The notes under the pieces were generated by a model. It made no database searches, was not told the DNA's origin, and worked only from the letters and a program-made list of their open reading frames with translations. Of a stretch of 64,000 nt of DNA, positions 54,601-64,000 are shown piece by piece. The stretch spans positions 3,927 to 67,926 of the forward strand of contig CANRHI010000001.1 in NCBI GenBank assembly GCA_947630365.1. The letters run 5' to 3'. The translations under genes were made by a program, and so were the position numbers. Positions within the stretch are counted from its first letter, which is position 1; each line of letters starts with the position of its first letter. Source of the stretch: an uncultured Clostridia bacterium (GTDB taxonomy: Bacteria; Bacillota; Clostridia; Christensenellales; Borkfalkiaceae).

Positions 54601-54900
54601 GGGGAGAGGCCGCATTCTTGCCTCCCCTAATGAGGGGAGCGTCCGACTTCTAAATGTCCCCTTGCTTCCCCTGAGAGGGGAAGTACCCCGCAAGGGGGGA
54701 TAGGGTTAAAAGAACCCCTCAGTCGCGCAAGCGGGTGGTGGGGGTTGCCCCCTGTATTACCGCGTCATTCTGCCCCTCCCCCTGCGTCCCCCTCCCCGCT
54801 TTGGCGGGGAAGGGGATAAAAGCAAACAAAATCCCCTTCCTTTTTAAGAAGGGGGAGACAGGGGGAGGTTTCCGCGTCATTCAGCCCCCGCAATGCGTTT
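54601..54900. repeat. Intergenic block of mosaic GC-rich hairpin repeats (copy D, partly inverted relative to copy A)
   Basis: 54729-54775 is the reverse complement of about 12463-12510 (GGGGCAGAATGACGCGGTAA.ACgGGGGCAACCCCCACCACCCGC). It also carries the CCCCTCCCCGCTTTGGCGGGGAAGGGG and GGGGGAGACAGGGGGAGG modules. Confidence 0.85.
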
Positions 54901-54912
54901 CGAAAATACGGC

Positions 54913-54942
54913 GGCGCGCCGCAGCATTCGCTGCGGCGCGCC
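54913..54942. terminator. Bidirectional intrinsic terminator between the aldolase operon and the convergent ROK gene
   Basis: A perfect 13-bp stem, GGCGCGCCGCAGC-attc-GCTGCGGCGCGCC, flanked by T-rich sequence on both strands. Confidence 0.75.
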
Positions 54943-54969
54943 CTTTTCCATACAATAATAATATCCCTC

Positions 54970-55923
54970 TCAAAACAGCGCGGCCGCGATGGCGCCGTAG
55001 TCGCCGATCTGTTCCTTTAAGGCGCACCCCGTCACGCGGACGCGGGAGAGCGCCATGGGCAGACATTCGCGCTCCATCGCCCTTCGCATGGCGGGCTCGA
55101 GGAATTTTCGGCAGCGGGTGAACACGCTCCCCGCGACGATGAGCTCGGGGTTGAGCACGTCTACGAGGATGGAGAGCCCGCGGCCGAAGTATTCGCCCAC
55201 CGTCTCGAAGATGGCGAGCGCGTCTTTATCGCCCTTTTCCGCCATCTCGCCGAGCTCCTTTGCGGTGATGCATCCGCTCGGGCAGGGTTCGCCGCGCTGG
55301 CGCTTCTCGAGGAAGTACGCCTCCGCCAGCTGCGCGATGCCTCCGCCGCTGCAAAATCCCTCGAAGGAGCCGACCTTCCCGAATCCCACGGGCCCGAAGC
55401 GCTCCATGCGCACATGCCCGATCTCTCCCGCCTGATCGCAGGCGCCCGAGTACAGTGCGCCGTTTAAGATGAGCCCCGCGCCGATGCCCGTGCCGAAGGT
55501 GAGGAAGATCATGTTCTTGGTCCCGACGCCCGCGCCGTACTTCCATTCGGCGAGCGCACAGGCGTCCGCGTCGTTCTTGAGCTTGACCTTGGCGATGGGA
55601 AGCCCCGTTGCCTCCGCGATATATTCGGTGAGGTGCGCGCCGTGCCAGCCGACGAGGTTGGGCGGGTCGAGGAGGATGCCCTCCTTCGAAGAGAGGGGCC
55701 CGCCGCAGGAGATGCCCGCGCACTCCGCCTTCGCTCCCGTCCTTTTCTCCGCCTCCCGAACGGCCTCGGCGAGGCGGTCCAAAACGGCATTCCGATCGGG
55801 GGTCGTCGGAATTTGTTCCCTTGCGAGAAATTCTATCGCCCCTTCCCGCACATCGGCAAGGAGGGCGGCGGATTTGGTCCCGCCGATATCGAAACCTGCT
55901 ACGATCACGGCCGTTTCCCCCAT
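54970..55923 (-). CDS. ROK-family sugar kinase
   Basis: ATG at 55923 after GGAGGA. Motifs: GFDIGGTK, the ROK signature region CGNAGC-like ...CGGPLS..., and GAGLILNG. Confidence 0.8.
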   Translation of the reverse strand: MGETAVIVAGFDIGGTKSAALLADVREGAIEFLAREQIPTTPDRNAVLDRLAEAVREAEKRTGAKAECAGISCGGPLSSKEGILLDPPNLVGWHGAHLTEYIAEATGLPIAKVKLKNDADACALAEWKYGAGVGTKNMIFLTFGTGIGAGLILNGALYSGACDQAGEIGHVRMERFGPVGFGKVGSFEGFCSGGGIAQLAEAYFLEKRQRGEPCPSGCITAKELGEMAEKGDKDALAIFETVGEYFGRGLSILVDVLNPELIVAGSVFTRCRKFLEPAMRRAMERECLPMALSRVRVTGCALKEQIGDYGAIAAALF

Positions 55924-56525
55924 AAAATTTCCTCCGCCCGCGCACAAATTTCGTGGTAGAGCGGCAAATGCAGTTCCTGCACGCGGAAGGTCTCGGCGGC
56001 GGGAACGGCGAGGCAGATGTCCGAGAGGGGTTGGAGCTTCCCCCCGCGCATGCCCGTGAAGGAAATCACGCGCATCCCCTTCGCCTTCGCGGCGATGGCG
56101 GCGTTCACGACCGAGGCGCTGCTCCCCGAGGTGGAGAAGGCGAAGAGCACGTCGTCCGCCCTTCCCATGGCGTACACCTCTTGGGCGAAGGCGTACTCAT
56201 AGCCCACGTCGTTGCACAGCGCGGAAAAGACGGAGGTGAGCGAAGGGAGCGGGATGGCGCAAATGCCCCCCGCGAGCCGCTCTGCCATTTCCCCCGCGCC
56301 CGCGGCGAAAAGCCGCTCTTTCGCTTCGGGGTCGATGGGGCGGCGGAGTTTGAATTCCTTGATGAGCTCCCCGCTCATGTGCTCGCAGTCGGCGGCGCTC
56401 CCGCCGTTCCCGCAAAGGAGCAGTTTGTTCCCGCCGCGGTATGCCTCCACAACGGCGTCTACGGCGCGGGAGAGCTCTTTCTCGAGCGAGAGAAGGAGGG
56501 GATATTCTCGGAAAATCGTGTTCAT
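55905..56525 (-). CDS. SIS-domain sugar-phosphate isomerase (GmhA-like)
   Basis: MNTIFREY...LLCGNGGSAADCEHMSGEL...FSTSGSS. The ATG at 56525 overlaps the GH38 stop (ATGA). Confidence 0.8.
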   Translation of the reverse strand: MNTIFREYPLLLSLEKELSRAVDAVVEAYRGGNKLLLCGNGGSAADCEHMSGELIKEFKLRRPIDPEAKERLFAAGAGEMAERLAGGICAIPLPSLTSVFSALCNDVGYEYAFAQEVYAMGRADDVLFAFSTSGSSASVVNAAIAAKAKGMRVISFTGMRGGKLQPLSDICLAVPAAETFRVQELHLPLYHEICARAEEILWGKRP

Positions 56526-59224
56526 ATGCGGCAAATGAGGAAGTTGCGCAGCTCAAAGGCGCAAAGTTTGGGCGTCTTGATTTTTTTTCCGCGCTCGGTG
56601 CCGAAAGCGTCCGTTTCGAACACGGCATAGCCCTCGGGGAGGGCGATCTTGAGATGGGTCTCCTTGCCCTCCGCTTCGAAGGCGCGCAGGAGGATGCCCG
56701 CGGGCACGCTCTTCAGGGCGGTGACGACGGCGGTGCCCGTTTGGACGGAAAGGGGAGCGCCGTGGGAGACGGGGCCCGCGCAGGTCACATAGGAAGCGGG
56801 ATACAGGGCCTCGAGCGCAAGGCGCTTGCGCTCCGCGTTTCCCTCCCCTGCAAAGGGGATGAGGGCGAGAACGAAGTCGACGACGCCGTACTCGTGATAG
56901 CGGTCGGGGTCGATGGTGCTGCGGACCATGAGGTGGTGCATCCTCCCTCCCTCGTGGCGGAAGCCGTAGGAATCGCGGGAGACGAGAAGGCACGAGGAGC
57001 CGTCGACATTCGCGGCGGCATAGCTCAGAGCGGGCACGGAGAGGAGCTGCGCTTCGCGGCGCACCGCGCCCCCGGGCACATCGAAATCCGCCCCCGATCC
57101 GCTCGAGCGCATGCTGAAGTCGAGCGCGGGGAGAAGATCTCCCTCGCATTCCTCCCGCCACACGGTATGCACCTCGTACTTCACGGCGCGGCCGTCGAGC
57201 ACGATGCGCACTTCGAGCTCGGAGCCCGTCCCGAAGCGGGTGCGCAGGCGAAGGCTGCTCTGCAGCGCGCCCTGTTCGTAGCTCCCCGGGACGAAGATGA
57301 TGTTCTCGGTAATGGGCTCGGCGGAGACCTGCCGCCCGACGACCCACGCCGTCGCGCCCTGCGTGCGGTCCTCCTGCACGAGGGAGAAGTACGCGTCGGG
57401 GCAAAGTTTCTTCCCCGTCGCCTTCTCGGTGATGCAGCTCACATTCAATGTGATGGGGTCGAGCTCGACGAAGAGGTGCTCGTTTTCGAGCGTAAAGCGC
57501 ATGGGCTCCTGCTTTCTCGGGTTTTCGACGGGGCGGTAGGGGAGGAAGAGCTCCTTGTTCTCGCGCATGCCGACGCCGATATAGCCGAAGGGCTCGAGCG
57601 GCACCTTCACCAACACGCGGAAGTACTTGTGCAGCCAGTAGTCGACGGGATAGCGGTCGAGCAGCTGGTGCGCAATGTTTCCCTCTTTGGTGAACACTTC
57701 CAAACGGTCGAGGTCGATGGGGAAGTCGAACACGGGGATCTCCGCCACGACCTCCCGCGCATAGGGCAGGGAGTTGAAGATGGTGAAGTAGCGGACGTCT
57801 CCCCCCGAGAAGGAGGCGGCAAACGCCGCGCCCTCGGTGACTTTGTACCCCGCGCCCGCCCCCTGCGCATGGTCGAGGACGGCGGGAGCCGAAGCGCGCG
57901 TTTTGTCGGAGAGCGCCTTAGAGAGCGCAAGGAGGGAACGGGTCGTCTCGGCGCAGGTGTCCGCGGCCGCCGTCTGCAAGATGCCGAGGGCATGTTCCCG
58001 CGTTTCGGTCACGCACGAGCCCGTGAGAATGTCGTGGAATTGCGTAAAGAGGAGGTGCCGCCACGCCTCGTCGAGGGGGCGGGGCTCCAAGCCGCAGGCG
58101 AGCTTTGCAAGGGAGCCGAATACCTGCGCTTCATACAGCTTGCGCTCGGTCGCCCGCACCGCGCGCTTAATGCGCGATTGCGAGGTGTAGCAGCCGTCGT
58201 CGAAGAAATTCAGCTCGCCGCACTTGACGGGGAAGGTCTCGCGGATGCCGTCGAGATAGGAGAAGAAGTCCCGATAGGTCCCGTAGCGGATGGCGGGAAG
58301 CAGGGGATAGGTTTTCATCTCCTCGATGATGTTGAGCTCGGCGCGGGTCACGCCGCCGCCGTGGTCGCCGATGCCGTAGACGCGAAGGAGAGTCTCCAAG
58401 CCGTACTTTTTGGAGAACGCGGGCGCATTGCAAACGTCCGAGCGGAAGTCTGCCCATTGCAGGCTGGTGTTGTACCAGAGCGGCTCGCGGTAGACGAGCA
58501 CTTCCTTCCCCGAGGGCGCCCGCCAGCGGTAGATATGTTCCTCCACGTCCCCGCGGCAATGGTAATAGTAGCGTATGCCGACGTTCGTCAATATTTCGGG
58601 AAGGAAGGCGCTGTGCCCGAAGGTATCGGGCTCGAAGCCCACGTCGAGAGAGGAGAGCGGCACGCCGAACAGCTTGGAAATGTACGTTTTCGCCGCCACC
58701 GATTGCATGACGAGGCTCTCGGTCTCGGGCATGTTCTTGTCGCACTCCACCCACGCGGAGGCGGTGAGCGCCCAGCGCCCTTCGCGGACGCGCTCGCGGA
58801 TCTCTTCGAGCATCTCGGGCGCATGTTGTTCGACGATGCGGTAGCACGACGCCTGCGATTGCCCGAAGGTGAAATCGGGGTATTCCTTCATGAGGTCGAG
58901 GGTGGTGCGGAAGGTCGCAAGGGTGATGGCGACCGTCTCGTCGTACCCCCACATCCAGTTCATGTCGATATGCGCATGGGCGATGTTGAGGATCTGCTTC
59001 GCGCGGCACTTCTTGCAGAGGGGAGCGATGAGCGCCTCGATCTCGTCCCGCAAGCCGTCCGAAGGAGCCTCCGTGAGGAGCGCGACCGCCTTTTTGACCG
59101 CCTCGTCCGAGAGGCCCTCCGCCCGCGCGGTCTCTGCGGCAAAGTTGAGCTCCGTCCAAAGCCGCCGCCCGTTGTAGGTTTTGTACAGTGTTTGTTTCAG
59201 GTCGTCTAACCTTCCGTAAGACAT
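56522..59224 (-). CDS. GH38 alpha-mannosidase
   Basis: 900 aa. N-terminal metal site: AHAHIDMNWMW. It has the size and domain order of cytosolic bacterial GH38 enzymes. Confidence 0.85.
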   Translation of the reverse strand: MSYGRLDDLKQTLYKTYNGRRLWTELNFAAETARAEGLSDEAVKKAVALLTEAPSDGLRDEIEALIAPLCKKCRAKQILNIAHAHIDMNWMWGYDETVAITLATFRTTLDLMKEYPDFTFGQSQASCYRIVEQHAPEMLEEIRERVREGRWALTASAWVECDKNMPETESLVMQSVAAKTYISKLFGVPLSSLDVGFEPDTFGHSAFLPEILTNVGIRYYYHCRGDVEEHIYRWRAPSGKEVLVYREPLWYNTSLQWADFRSDVCNAPAFSKKYGLETLLRVYGIGDHGGGVTRAELNIIEEMKTYPLLPAIRYGTYRDFFSYLDGIRETFPVKCGELNFFDDGCYTSQSRIKRAVRATERKLYEAQVFGSLAKLACGLEPRPLDEAWRHLLFTQFHDILTGSCVTETREHALGILQTAAADTCAETTRSLLALSKALSDKTRASAPAVLDHAQGAGAGYKVTEGAAFAASFSGGDVRYFTIFNSLPYAREVVAEIPVFDFPIDLDRLEVFTKEGNIAHQLLDRYPVDYWLHKYFRVLVKVPLEPFGYIGVGMRENKELFLPYRPVENPRKQEPMRFTLENEHLFVELDPITLNVSCITEKATGKKLCPDAYFSLVQEDRTQGATAWVVGRQVSAEPITENIIFVPGSYEQGALQSSLRLRTRFGTGSELEVRIVLDGRAVKYEVHTVWREECEGDLLPALDFSMRSSGSGADFDVPGGAVRREAQLLSVPALSYAAANVDGSSCLLVSRDSYGFRHEGGRMHHLMVRSTIDPDRYHEYGVVDFVLALIPFAGEGNAERKRLALEALYPASYVTCAGPVSHGAPLSVQTGTAVVTALKSVPAGILLRAFEAEGKETHLKIALPEGYAVFETDAFGTERGKKIKTPKLCAFELRNFLICRI

Positions 59225-59274
59225 GTGTCCCTCCGTGTCCCGAATGAAAAATCTCGTCCTCGGGTTGTGAATTC

Positions 59275-59303
59275 ATTGTACCAAAAACCCGACTTTTTGT
59301 CAA
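59275..59303 (-). promoter_or_regulatory. Sigma-70-type promoter of the GH38-SIS-ROK operon
   Basis: The minus strand reads TTGACA-17 nt-TACAAT, followed by the palindromic TGAATTCA. Confidence 0.65.
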
Positions 59304-59415
59304 TAGATTACAAAAAGACGGGACGGGGCGAAAAGAGATTTCTCCCATGCGGAAGAGGGAAAAAATGGGGTAAAAGGGCGGAAAAAGGGGGAATATCGGG
59401 CAAGAAGGCATGGAA

Positions 59416-59441
59416 AACGCGCCCCGAAGAGAGGGCGCGTT
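59416..59441 (-). terminator. Rho-independent terminator after the LacI-family gene
   Basis: AACGCGCCC-loop-GGGCGCGTT, with TTTT following on the minus strand. Confidence 0.65.
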
Positions 59442-59535
59442 CGCGAAACATATGTGAAAATTCCATACATTTGCGAGACATGTTTTCACATGCGGCGAAA
59501 GGGGGAAAATCCGGGTGAAGGTCCGTTTCTTTTTC

Positions 59536-60510
59536 TCATTCGCCCCTTGCGACGCGGCGGGTCGAGCCGCGGGGAACGAGCTCGTAGTCGACCATGGCGC
59601 GCTGCGAGGGCAGCCCGCCCATGATGCAAGAGAGCGTCTTAAATCCGAGCTCGCCCGTGCGTTCGAAGTTTTGGCGGATGGTAGTGAGCTCGAGCTCGGG
59701 GGCGCCCATGTCGTCGTACCCGATGACGGAGAAATCCTGCGGGATGGTCTTTCCCACCTCCTGCATGCGGGCGATGAAGCCCTTCGCCATCACGTCCGAA
59801 GCGCAGATGATGGCGGTGAATTCCTTGCCGTAGCGGAGGTAATATTCGGCGGCGTCTTTGCCCGCGCGCGAGGAGTAGTCCCCGAAGTATGTGAGGTCGT
59901 AGCGGTACTCGATGCTGTTCTTGGCGAGCCCGAGGATGTACCCCGCGAGGCGCTCCGCCCCGACGAGGGATTCCCTCTCCCCGCCGAGGAAGGCGATGCG
60001 CTCGTGCCCGAGGGAGACGAGGTAGTCCACCGCCTCTTCGACGGCATGGATATTGTCGCTGCCGATGCCGGAGATGAGCGGGTTTCCGCCGAGGTAGTTA
60101 TCGACGAGCACGAGGGGATATTTCGTGCGCTTGAGCTGGGCATAGACGGGGGAGCGGAAGTTGATATCGAGCAGAAGCGCCCCGTCGAAGCGGTTGCAGG
60201 CGAGGTACTCGTTGAGGTCGAAGTCCTCTTCGGCGACGGCGGAAACGACGATATAGCGCGCCTCCCTTGCGGCGCGGGAAAACGCCTCCGCGATGACGGC
60301 AAGCGGGCCGCTCTCCTGCGGGGGCCTTCCCCAAAGAACGGCGAGCCTGCCCACGATGGCGGAGGATTTGCGGGTGCGGTACCCGTGCGATTGCGCGTAT
60401 TCGGAGACGATCTGTTTGGTCTTTTCCGAAATATCCGTCGAACCGTTGAGCGCCTTCGAGACCGTGGAAATGGAGAGGTTGAGCTCCTTTGCGATGTCGG
60501 TTATGGTCAT
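59536..60510 (-). CDS. LacI-family transcriptional regulator (MalR-like by context)
   Basis: MTITDIAKELNLSISTVSKALNG HTH plus a periplasmic-binding-fold sensor. It is divergent from malQ. The ATG at 60510 is preferred over the GTG at 60519. Confidence 0.85.
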   Translation of the reverse strand: MTITDIAKELNLSISTVSKALNGSTDISEKTKQIVSEYAQSHGYRTRKSSAIVGRLAVLWGRPPQESGPLAVIAEAFSRAAREARYIVVSAVAEEDFDLNEYLACNRFDGALLLDINFRSPVYAQLKRTKYPLVLVDNYLGGNPLISGIGSDNIHAVEEAVDYLVSLGHERIAFLGGERESLVGAERLAGYILGLAKNSIEYRYDLTYFGDYSSRAGKDAAEYYLRYGKEFTAIICASDVMAKGFIARMQEVGKTIPQDFSVIGYDDMGAPELELTTIRQNFERTGELGFKTLSCIMGGLPSQRAMVDYELVPRGSTRRVARGE

Positions 60511-60566
60511 AGCACCCACATTATACCAAGTGTTTTGAGATCTGTCAACGGGTTTTCGGCAAATAC

Positions 60567-60623
60567 TTTTCGAAAAAAGTAAAATTATTGCAATTCTTAT
60601 AATTATTTTTCAATTTTCGAAAA
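60567..60623. promoter_or_regulatory. Two copies of the perfect palindrome TTTTCGAAAA in the lacI-malQ divergent region (candidate operators)
   Basis: Copies at 60567-76 and 60614-23. A TTGCCT-17 nt-(TGt)TATCAT promoter-like element for malQ follows at 60631-59. Confidence 0.4.
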
Positions 60624-60686
60624 AAACCGCTTGCCTTTTCACAGCGCATGTGTTATCATAAAACAAAAAAAGGAGGGGAGAAACGC

Positions 60687-62180
60687 ATGAAACGGCTTGC
60701 AGGTATTCTCATGCCCATTTCCTCGCTTCCGTCGCCGCACGGCATCGGGAGCTTGGGGCGGGAAGCCTACCGCTTTGTCGACTTTCTGCACGGGGCGGGC
60801 TGCGGGCTTTGGCAGGTGCTGCCCCTCCAGCCCACGGGCTTCGGGGATAGTCCCTACCAGTCCTGTGCGGCGTCGGCGCTCAATCCCTATTTCATCGATT
60901 TAGACATGTTGGTGCGCGGCGGGCTTCTCACCAAGCAGGAAGCCTCGGCGGGCGATGTCCCCGGCGAGCGGGTGGACTACGGCAATCTGTACCGCACGCG
61001 CATGCCCATCTTGCGCAAGGCGTTTGCCCGTTTCGACCAAACTTTGCCCGAGTGGCAGGCGTTCACGGAGAAGGGCGAATACCGCGACTACGCCCTCTTT
61101 GCGGCGCTCAAGGAACAATTCGGCGGCGCCTCCTTCGAGGAGTGGGGGGAATTCGCCGGGTACGACGAAACGCGCGTGCGGCAGTTCGAGCGCGAGCACT
61201 TGGAGGAAGTGCGCTTTTACGAGTTTACCCAATTCGTCTTTTTGGCGCAGTGGCGGCGGCTGAAGGCCTATGCCAACGCCCGTGCGGTGCGCATCGTGGG
61301 GGATATCCCCTTCTATGTCGCGCGGGACAGCGTGGAGATGTGGAAGTACAAAAGGGAGCTCTTCGTGCTCGATGAGGAGGGGAAGCCCTCCGAGCAGGCG
61401 GGGGTGCCGCCGGACGCCTTCTCCGAGACGGGGCAGCTGTGGGGCAATCCCGTGTACGACTGGGGCAGGATGCGCGAAAACGGCTATGCGTGGTGGAAGG
61501 AACGCATCCGCCGCGCGCTCGCTCTGTACGATATTCTCCGCATCGACCACTTCATCGGGTTTATCCGCTACTACTCGGTGCCCGAGGGGGAAAAGGACGC
61601 CCGCTTCGGGCAATGGAACAAGGGACCGGGCAAGGAGCTCTTCGAGGGCTTTTTGCATTCTCCCATCGTGGCGGAGGACCTCGGGCTGGTCACCGAGGAA
61701 GTGCGGCGGGGCATCGACGAGATCGGTTTCCCCGGCATGAAAATTTTGCAGCACGCCTTCGACGGCGATCCCGCGAACGAGCACAAGCCCTCCAACACGA
61801 CCGACCGCTTTTACGCCTACACGGGCACGCACGACAACGTGACGCTCTTCACCCGCATTCACGAGACGAGGGGAAAAGAGCGCGAGCGAATGTTTCTCGA
61901 CATGCGTGCGGAATGCAAGAAGGCGGGCGTGCCCTTCCGCGTCAGCTCCGACCGCGCCGTGTGCCGCACCGTGATGCGGCTGCTCTTTGCGAGCCCCGCG
62001 CGCGCCGTGCTCCTTCCCATGCAGGATGTGCTCTATCTCCCGGACGAAGCGCGCATCAACCGCCCCTCGGTGGTGAGTGAGCTCAACTGGTCGTACCGCT
62101 TCAAGAAGTCGGACTTCGAGTCCAACGTGCGGGACCGCCTCCACGCCCTTGCGGCGGAGAGCGGCAGGCTCCCGCGGTGA
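60687..62180 (+). CDS. malQ: 4-alpha-glucanotransferase (amylomaltase, GH77)
   Basis: ATG at 60687 after AGGAGGGGAG. Motifs: GILMPISSLPS, RIDHFIGF, VAEDLG and YTGTHDN. Confidence 0.9.
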   Translation: MKRLAGILMPISSLPSPHGIGSLGREAYRFVDFLHGAGCGLWQVLPLQPTGFGDSPYQSCAASALNPYFIDLDMLVRGGLLTKQEASAGDVPGERVDYGNLYRTRMPILRKAFARFDQTLPEWQAFTEKGEYRDYALFAALKEQFGGASFEEWGEFAGYDETRVRQFEREHLEEVRFYEFTQFVFLAQWRRLKAYANARAVRIVGDIPFYVARDSVEMWKYKRELFVLDEEGKPSEQAGVPPDAFSETGQLWGNPVYDWGRMRENGYAWWKERIRRALALYDILRIDHFIGFIRYYSVPEGEKDARFGQWNKGPGKELFEGFLHSPIVAEDLGLVTEEVRRGIDEIGFPGMKILQHAFDGDPANEHKPSNTTDRFYAYTGTHDNVTLFTRIHETRGKERERMFLDMRAECKKAGVPFRVSSDRAVCRTVMRLLFASPARAVLLPMQDVLYLPDEARINRPSVVSELNWSYRFKKSDFESNVRDRLHALAAESGRLPR

Positions 62181-62214
62181 AATTCGCAAAAAAAATCCCG
62201 AAAAGGAGAAGAAA

Positions 62215-64000
62215 TATGAAGAAAAGGCTGTTACCCATTTTGGCTGTGCTGCTTGCGCTGCTGTTTGCCTTCTGCGCATGCGGCGAAACCCCTCCCGACG
62301 CGAGCGGAGGGGAAGAGCAAGGCGACCCGCCGCCGCAAGGGGAGGAATATACGCTTCCCCTCGAGGACGGGAAGAAGCAGCTCACCATCTACTACGCGCG
62401 CAGCGCGGGCTACGAGGGCTGCGACATCTGGATGTGGTACGGCGACGTTGCGGGGCAGGGCTACCTCATGCACGAATGCGCATACGGGGCGAAAGTCGTC
62501 ATCAACGTGCCCGAGAGCATCACGCAGGTCGGCTTTATCATCCGCACGGGCTGTTCGGAGCCGGGCGGCACGGCGTGGGGGACCGCCTCCAAGGACGGAA
62601 CGGACAGCGACCGCTTCGTCTCCTTAAAGGAGCGGGAAACGGTCATCTACACCAAATCGGGGGATCCCAAGGCGTATCTGAGCGACGACGGAGGCATTAC
62701 CTTGAAAGAAATGAAGAACATAGACATCGCCGATCTGCAAGATCTCACGCACATCAAGTATGTGCTCAGCACGGCGACCAAGGTTTCGGCGGCGGACGTG
62801 ACGCTCAAAGACGGCGAGGGCAACCGCGTCGAGATCAAGAGCGTGACCTCCAACAACGCGAACGGCATCCTCGAGACCGAGACGCTCGACCTCTCCAAGG
62901 CGTACACGCTCTCCATTGCGGGCTTTGAGGATCCCGCGACGGTCGTCCCGCTCACCTATTTCTCGAGCGCGGAATTCGGCGAAGCGTACAATTACGACGG
63001 CGAGCTCGGCGTGCATATCCAAAACGGCAGCACGGCGTTCTACCTTTGGGCGCCCACGGCGGCGTATGTGAAGCTCAACCTCTTTGCGGCGGGCAAGGGC
63101 GGCGATCCCGAGCGCACGATCGACATGACGAAGGGCGAGAAGGGCGTTTGGACGTACACCGACCCCACCGATTTGAGCGGAAAGTACTACACCTACACCG
63201 TTTCCACCTCGGCGGGCGTGCAGGAGGCGGTCGACCCGTATGCCGTCTCGGCGGGCGTGAACGGCGATCGGGGCATGATCCTCGACCTTCCCACGACCGA
63301 CCCCGCGGGCTGGACGGAGGAGCCGTTCGTCCCCGAGAACTTCGAAAACTACACCGACGCGGAAATTTGGGAGGTCCATGTCCGCGACTTCTCCAATAAG
63401 ATAAGCGCGTCGCAGTACAAGGGCAAATTCCTCGCCTTCACCGAGACGGGACTCAAAGAAAACGGCGTTCCCGTCGGCGTGGACTATTTGAAGGAGCTCG
63501 GCATCACGCATGTGCACCTTCTCCCTTCCTTCGACTTCGCCACGGTAGACGAAGCGTCGGGCAGCGGCTTCAACTGGGGGTACGACCCGAAGAATTACAA
63601 CGTGCCCGAGGGGAGCTATTCCACCGACCCGACGGACGGCGCCGTCCGCGTGCGCGAATTCAAGCAGATGGTCCAAGCCCTGCACAAAGAGGGCATCGGC
63701 GTCATCATGGACGTCGTATACAACCACACGAGCGGGCTGGATTCCAACTTCAACCGCATCGTGCCCTACTACTATTACCGCTTCAACGGAGACGGCTCCG
63801 CCTCCAACGGCTCGGGCTGCGGCAACGAGACGGCTTCCGACCGCTACATGTTCGGCCGCTTCATGGTGGACTCGGTCACCTACTGGCAGAACGAGTACAA
63901 TGTCGACGGCTTCCGCTTCGACCTCATGGGCTTGCACGACGTGGACACCATGAAGAAGATCGAAACGGCGGTGCACGAGAAAAACCCGCACGCACTTCTC
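62215..64000 (+). CDS. pulA: Type I pullulanase (GH13), lipoprotein, 3'-truncated by the window end
   Basis: Translated by hand; it is not in the track because there is no stop in the window. MKKRLLPILAVLLALLFAFCACGE lipobox. Motifs: FNWGYDPKNY, DVVYNHT and GFRFDLMG. AAAGGAGAAG RBS. Confidence 0.85.

Noticed and set aside
59451-59495. Inverted repeat ATGTGAAAA...TTTTCACAT just downstream of the LacI-family gene as a regulatory sRNA or second terminator
   Set aside because: It has only a 9-bp AT-rich stem with a ~22-nt loop. A stronger GC-rich terminator lies at 59416-41. Evidence for a separate function is insufficient.

Overview
This looks like a high-GC Firmicutes (Clostridia-like) chromosomal segment: GGAGG ribosome-binding sites, extended -10 promoters, a PyrK/PyrD class-1B pair and an LplABC-type sugar ABC transporter. 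No tRNA, rRNA or CRISPR array was found.

Order of the window:
- 1-4002: an AT-richer accessory block. It holds the tail of an upstream gene, then three translationally coupled genes: a MORC-type GHKL ATPase fused to a histidine-kinase core, a receiver-like protein, and an HNH nuclease.
- 4042-6372: lipoprotein alpha/beta-hydrolase, metallophosphoesterase and a YbjN-like protein.
- 6672-12301: pyrimidine operon pyrB-C-F-K-D-E, with a promoter plus terminator leader and a GC-rich repeat insertion between pyrK and pyrD.
- 12764-23204: P2-type cation ATPase, polysaccharide deacetylase, galM, an IS3-family element sitting inside a terminator hairpin, a Cthe_2159-like beta-helix lipoprotein, a membrane protein, a ZIP transporter and an SDR.
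- About 23.9-35.1 kb: a second AT-richer accessory island. It carries a DUF2779 nuclease operon, a cytoplasmic LRR protein coupled to a DNA-binding protein, an HTH protein, an exact 50-bp tandem array of about 8 TGCTATAAT-bearing repeats, and a six-gene operon led by a PD-(D/E)XK nuclease.
- 35.3-59.2 kb: a large mannoside/galactoside utilisation locus. It contains DUF5054/GH38-like, AraC, a giant surface protein, ABC permeases plus binding protein, an unknown lipoprotein, a frameshifted surface-protein gene, GH2, a PfkB kinase, lyxose/mannose isomerase, a class II aldolase, ROK, SIS and GH38.
- 59.5-64 kb: a LacI regulator, malQ and a partial pullulanase.

A mosaic family of GC-rich hairpin repeats fills at least five intergenic regions.

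The best candidates for an undescribed system are the GHKL-HK/REC/HNH operon (187-4002) and the 50-bp repeat array with its nuclease operon (29277-35067).

All functional calls come from motif recognition by eye. No database search was run.
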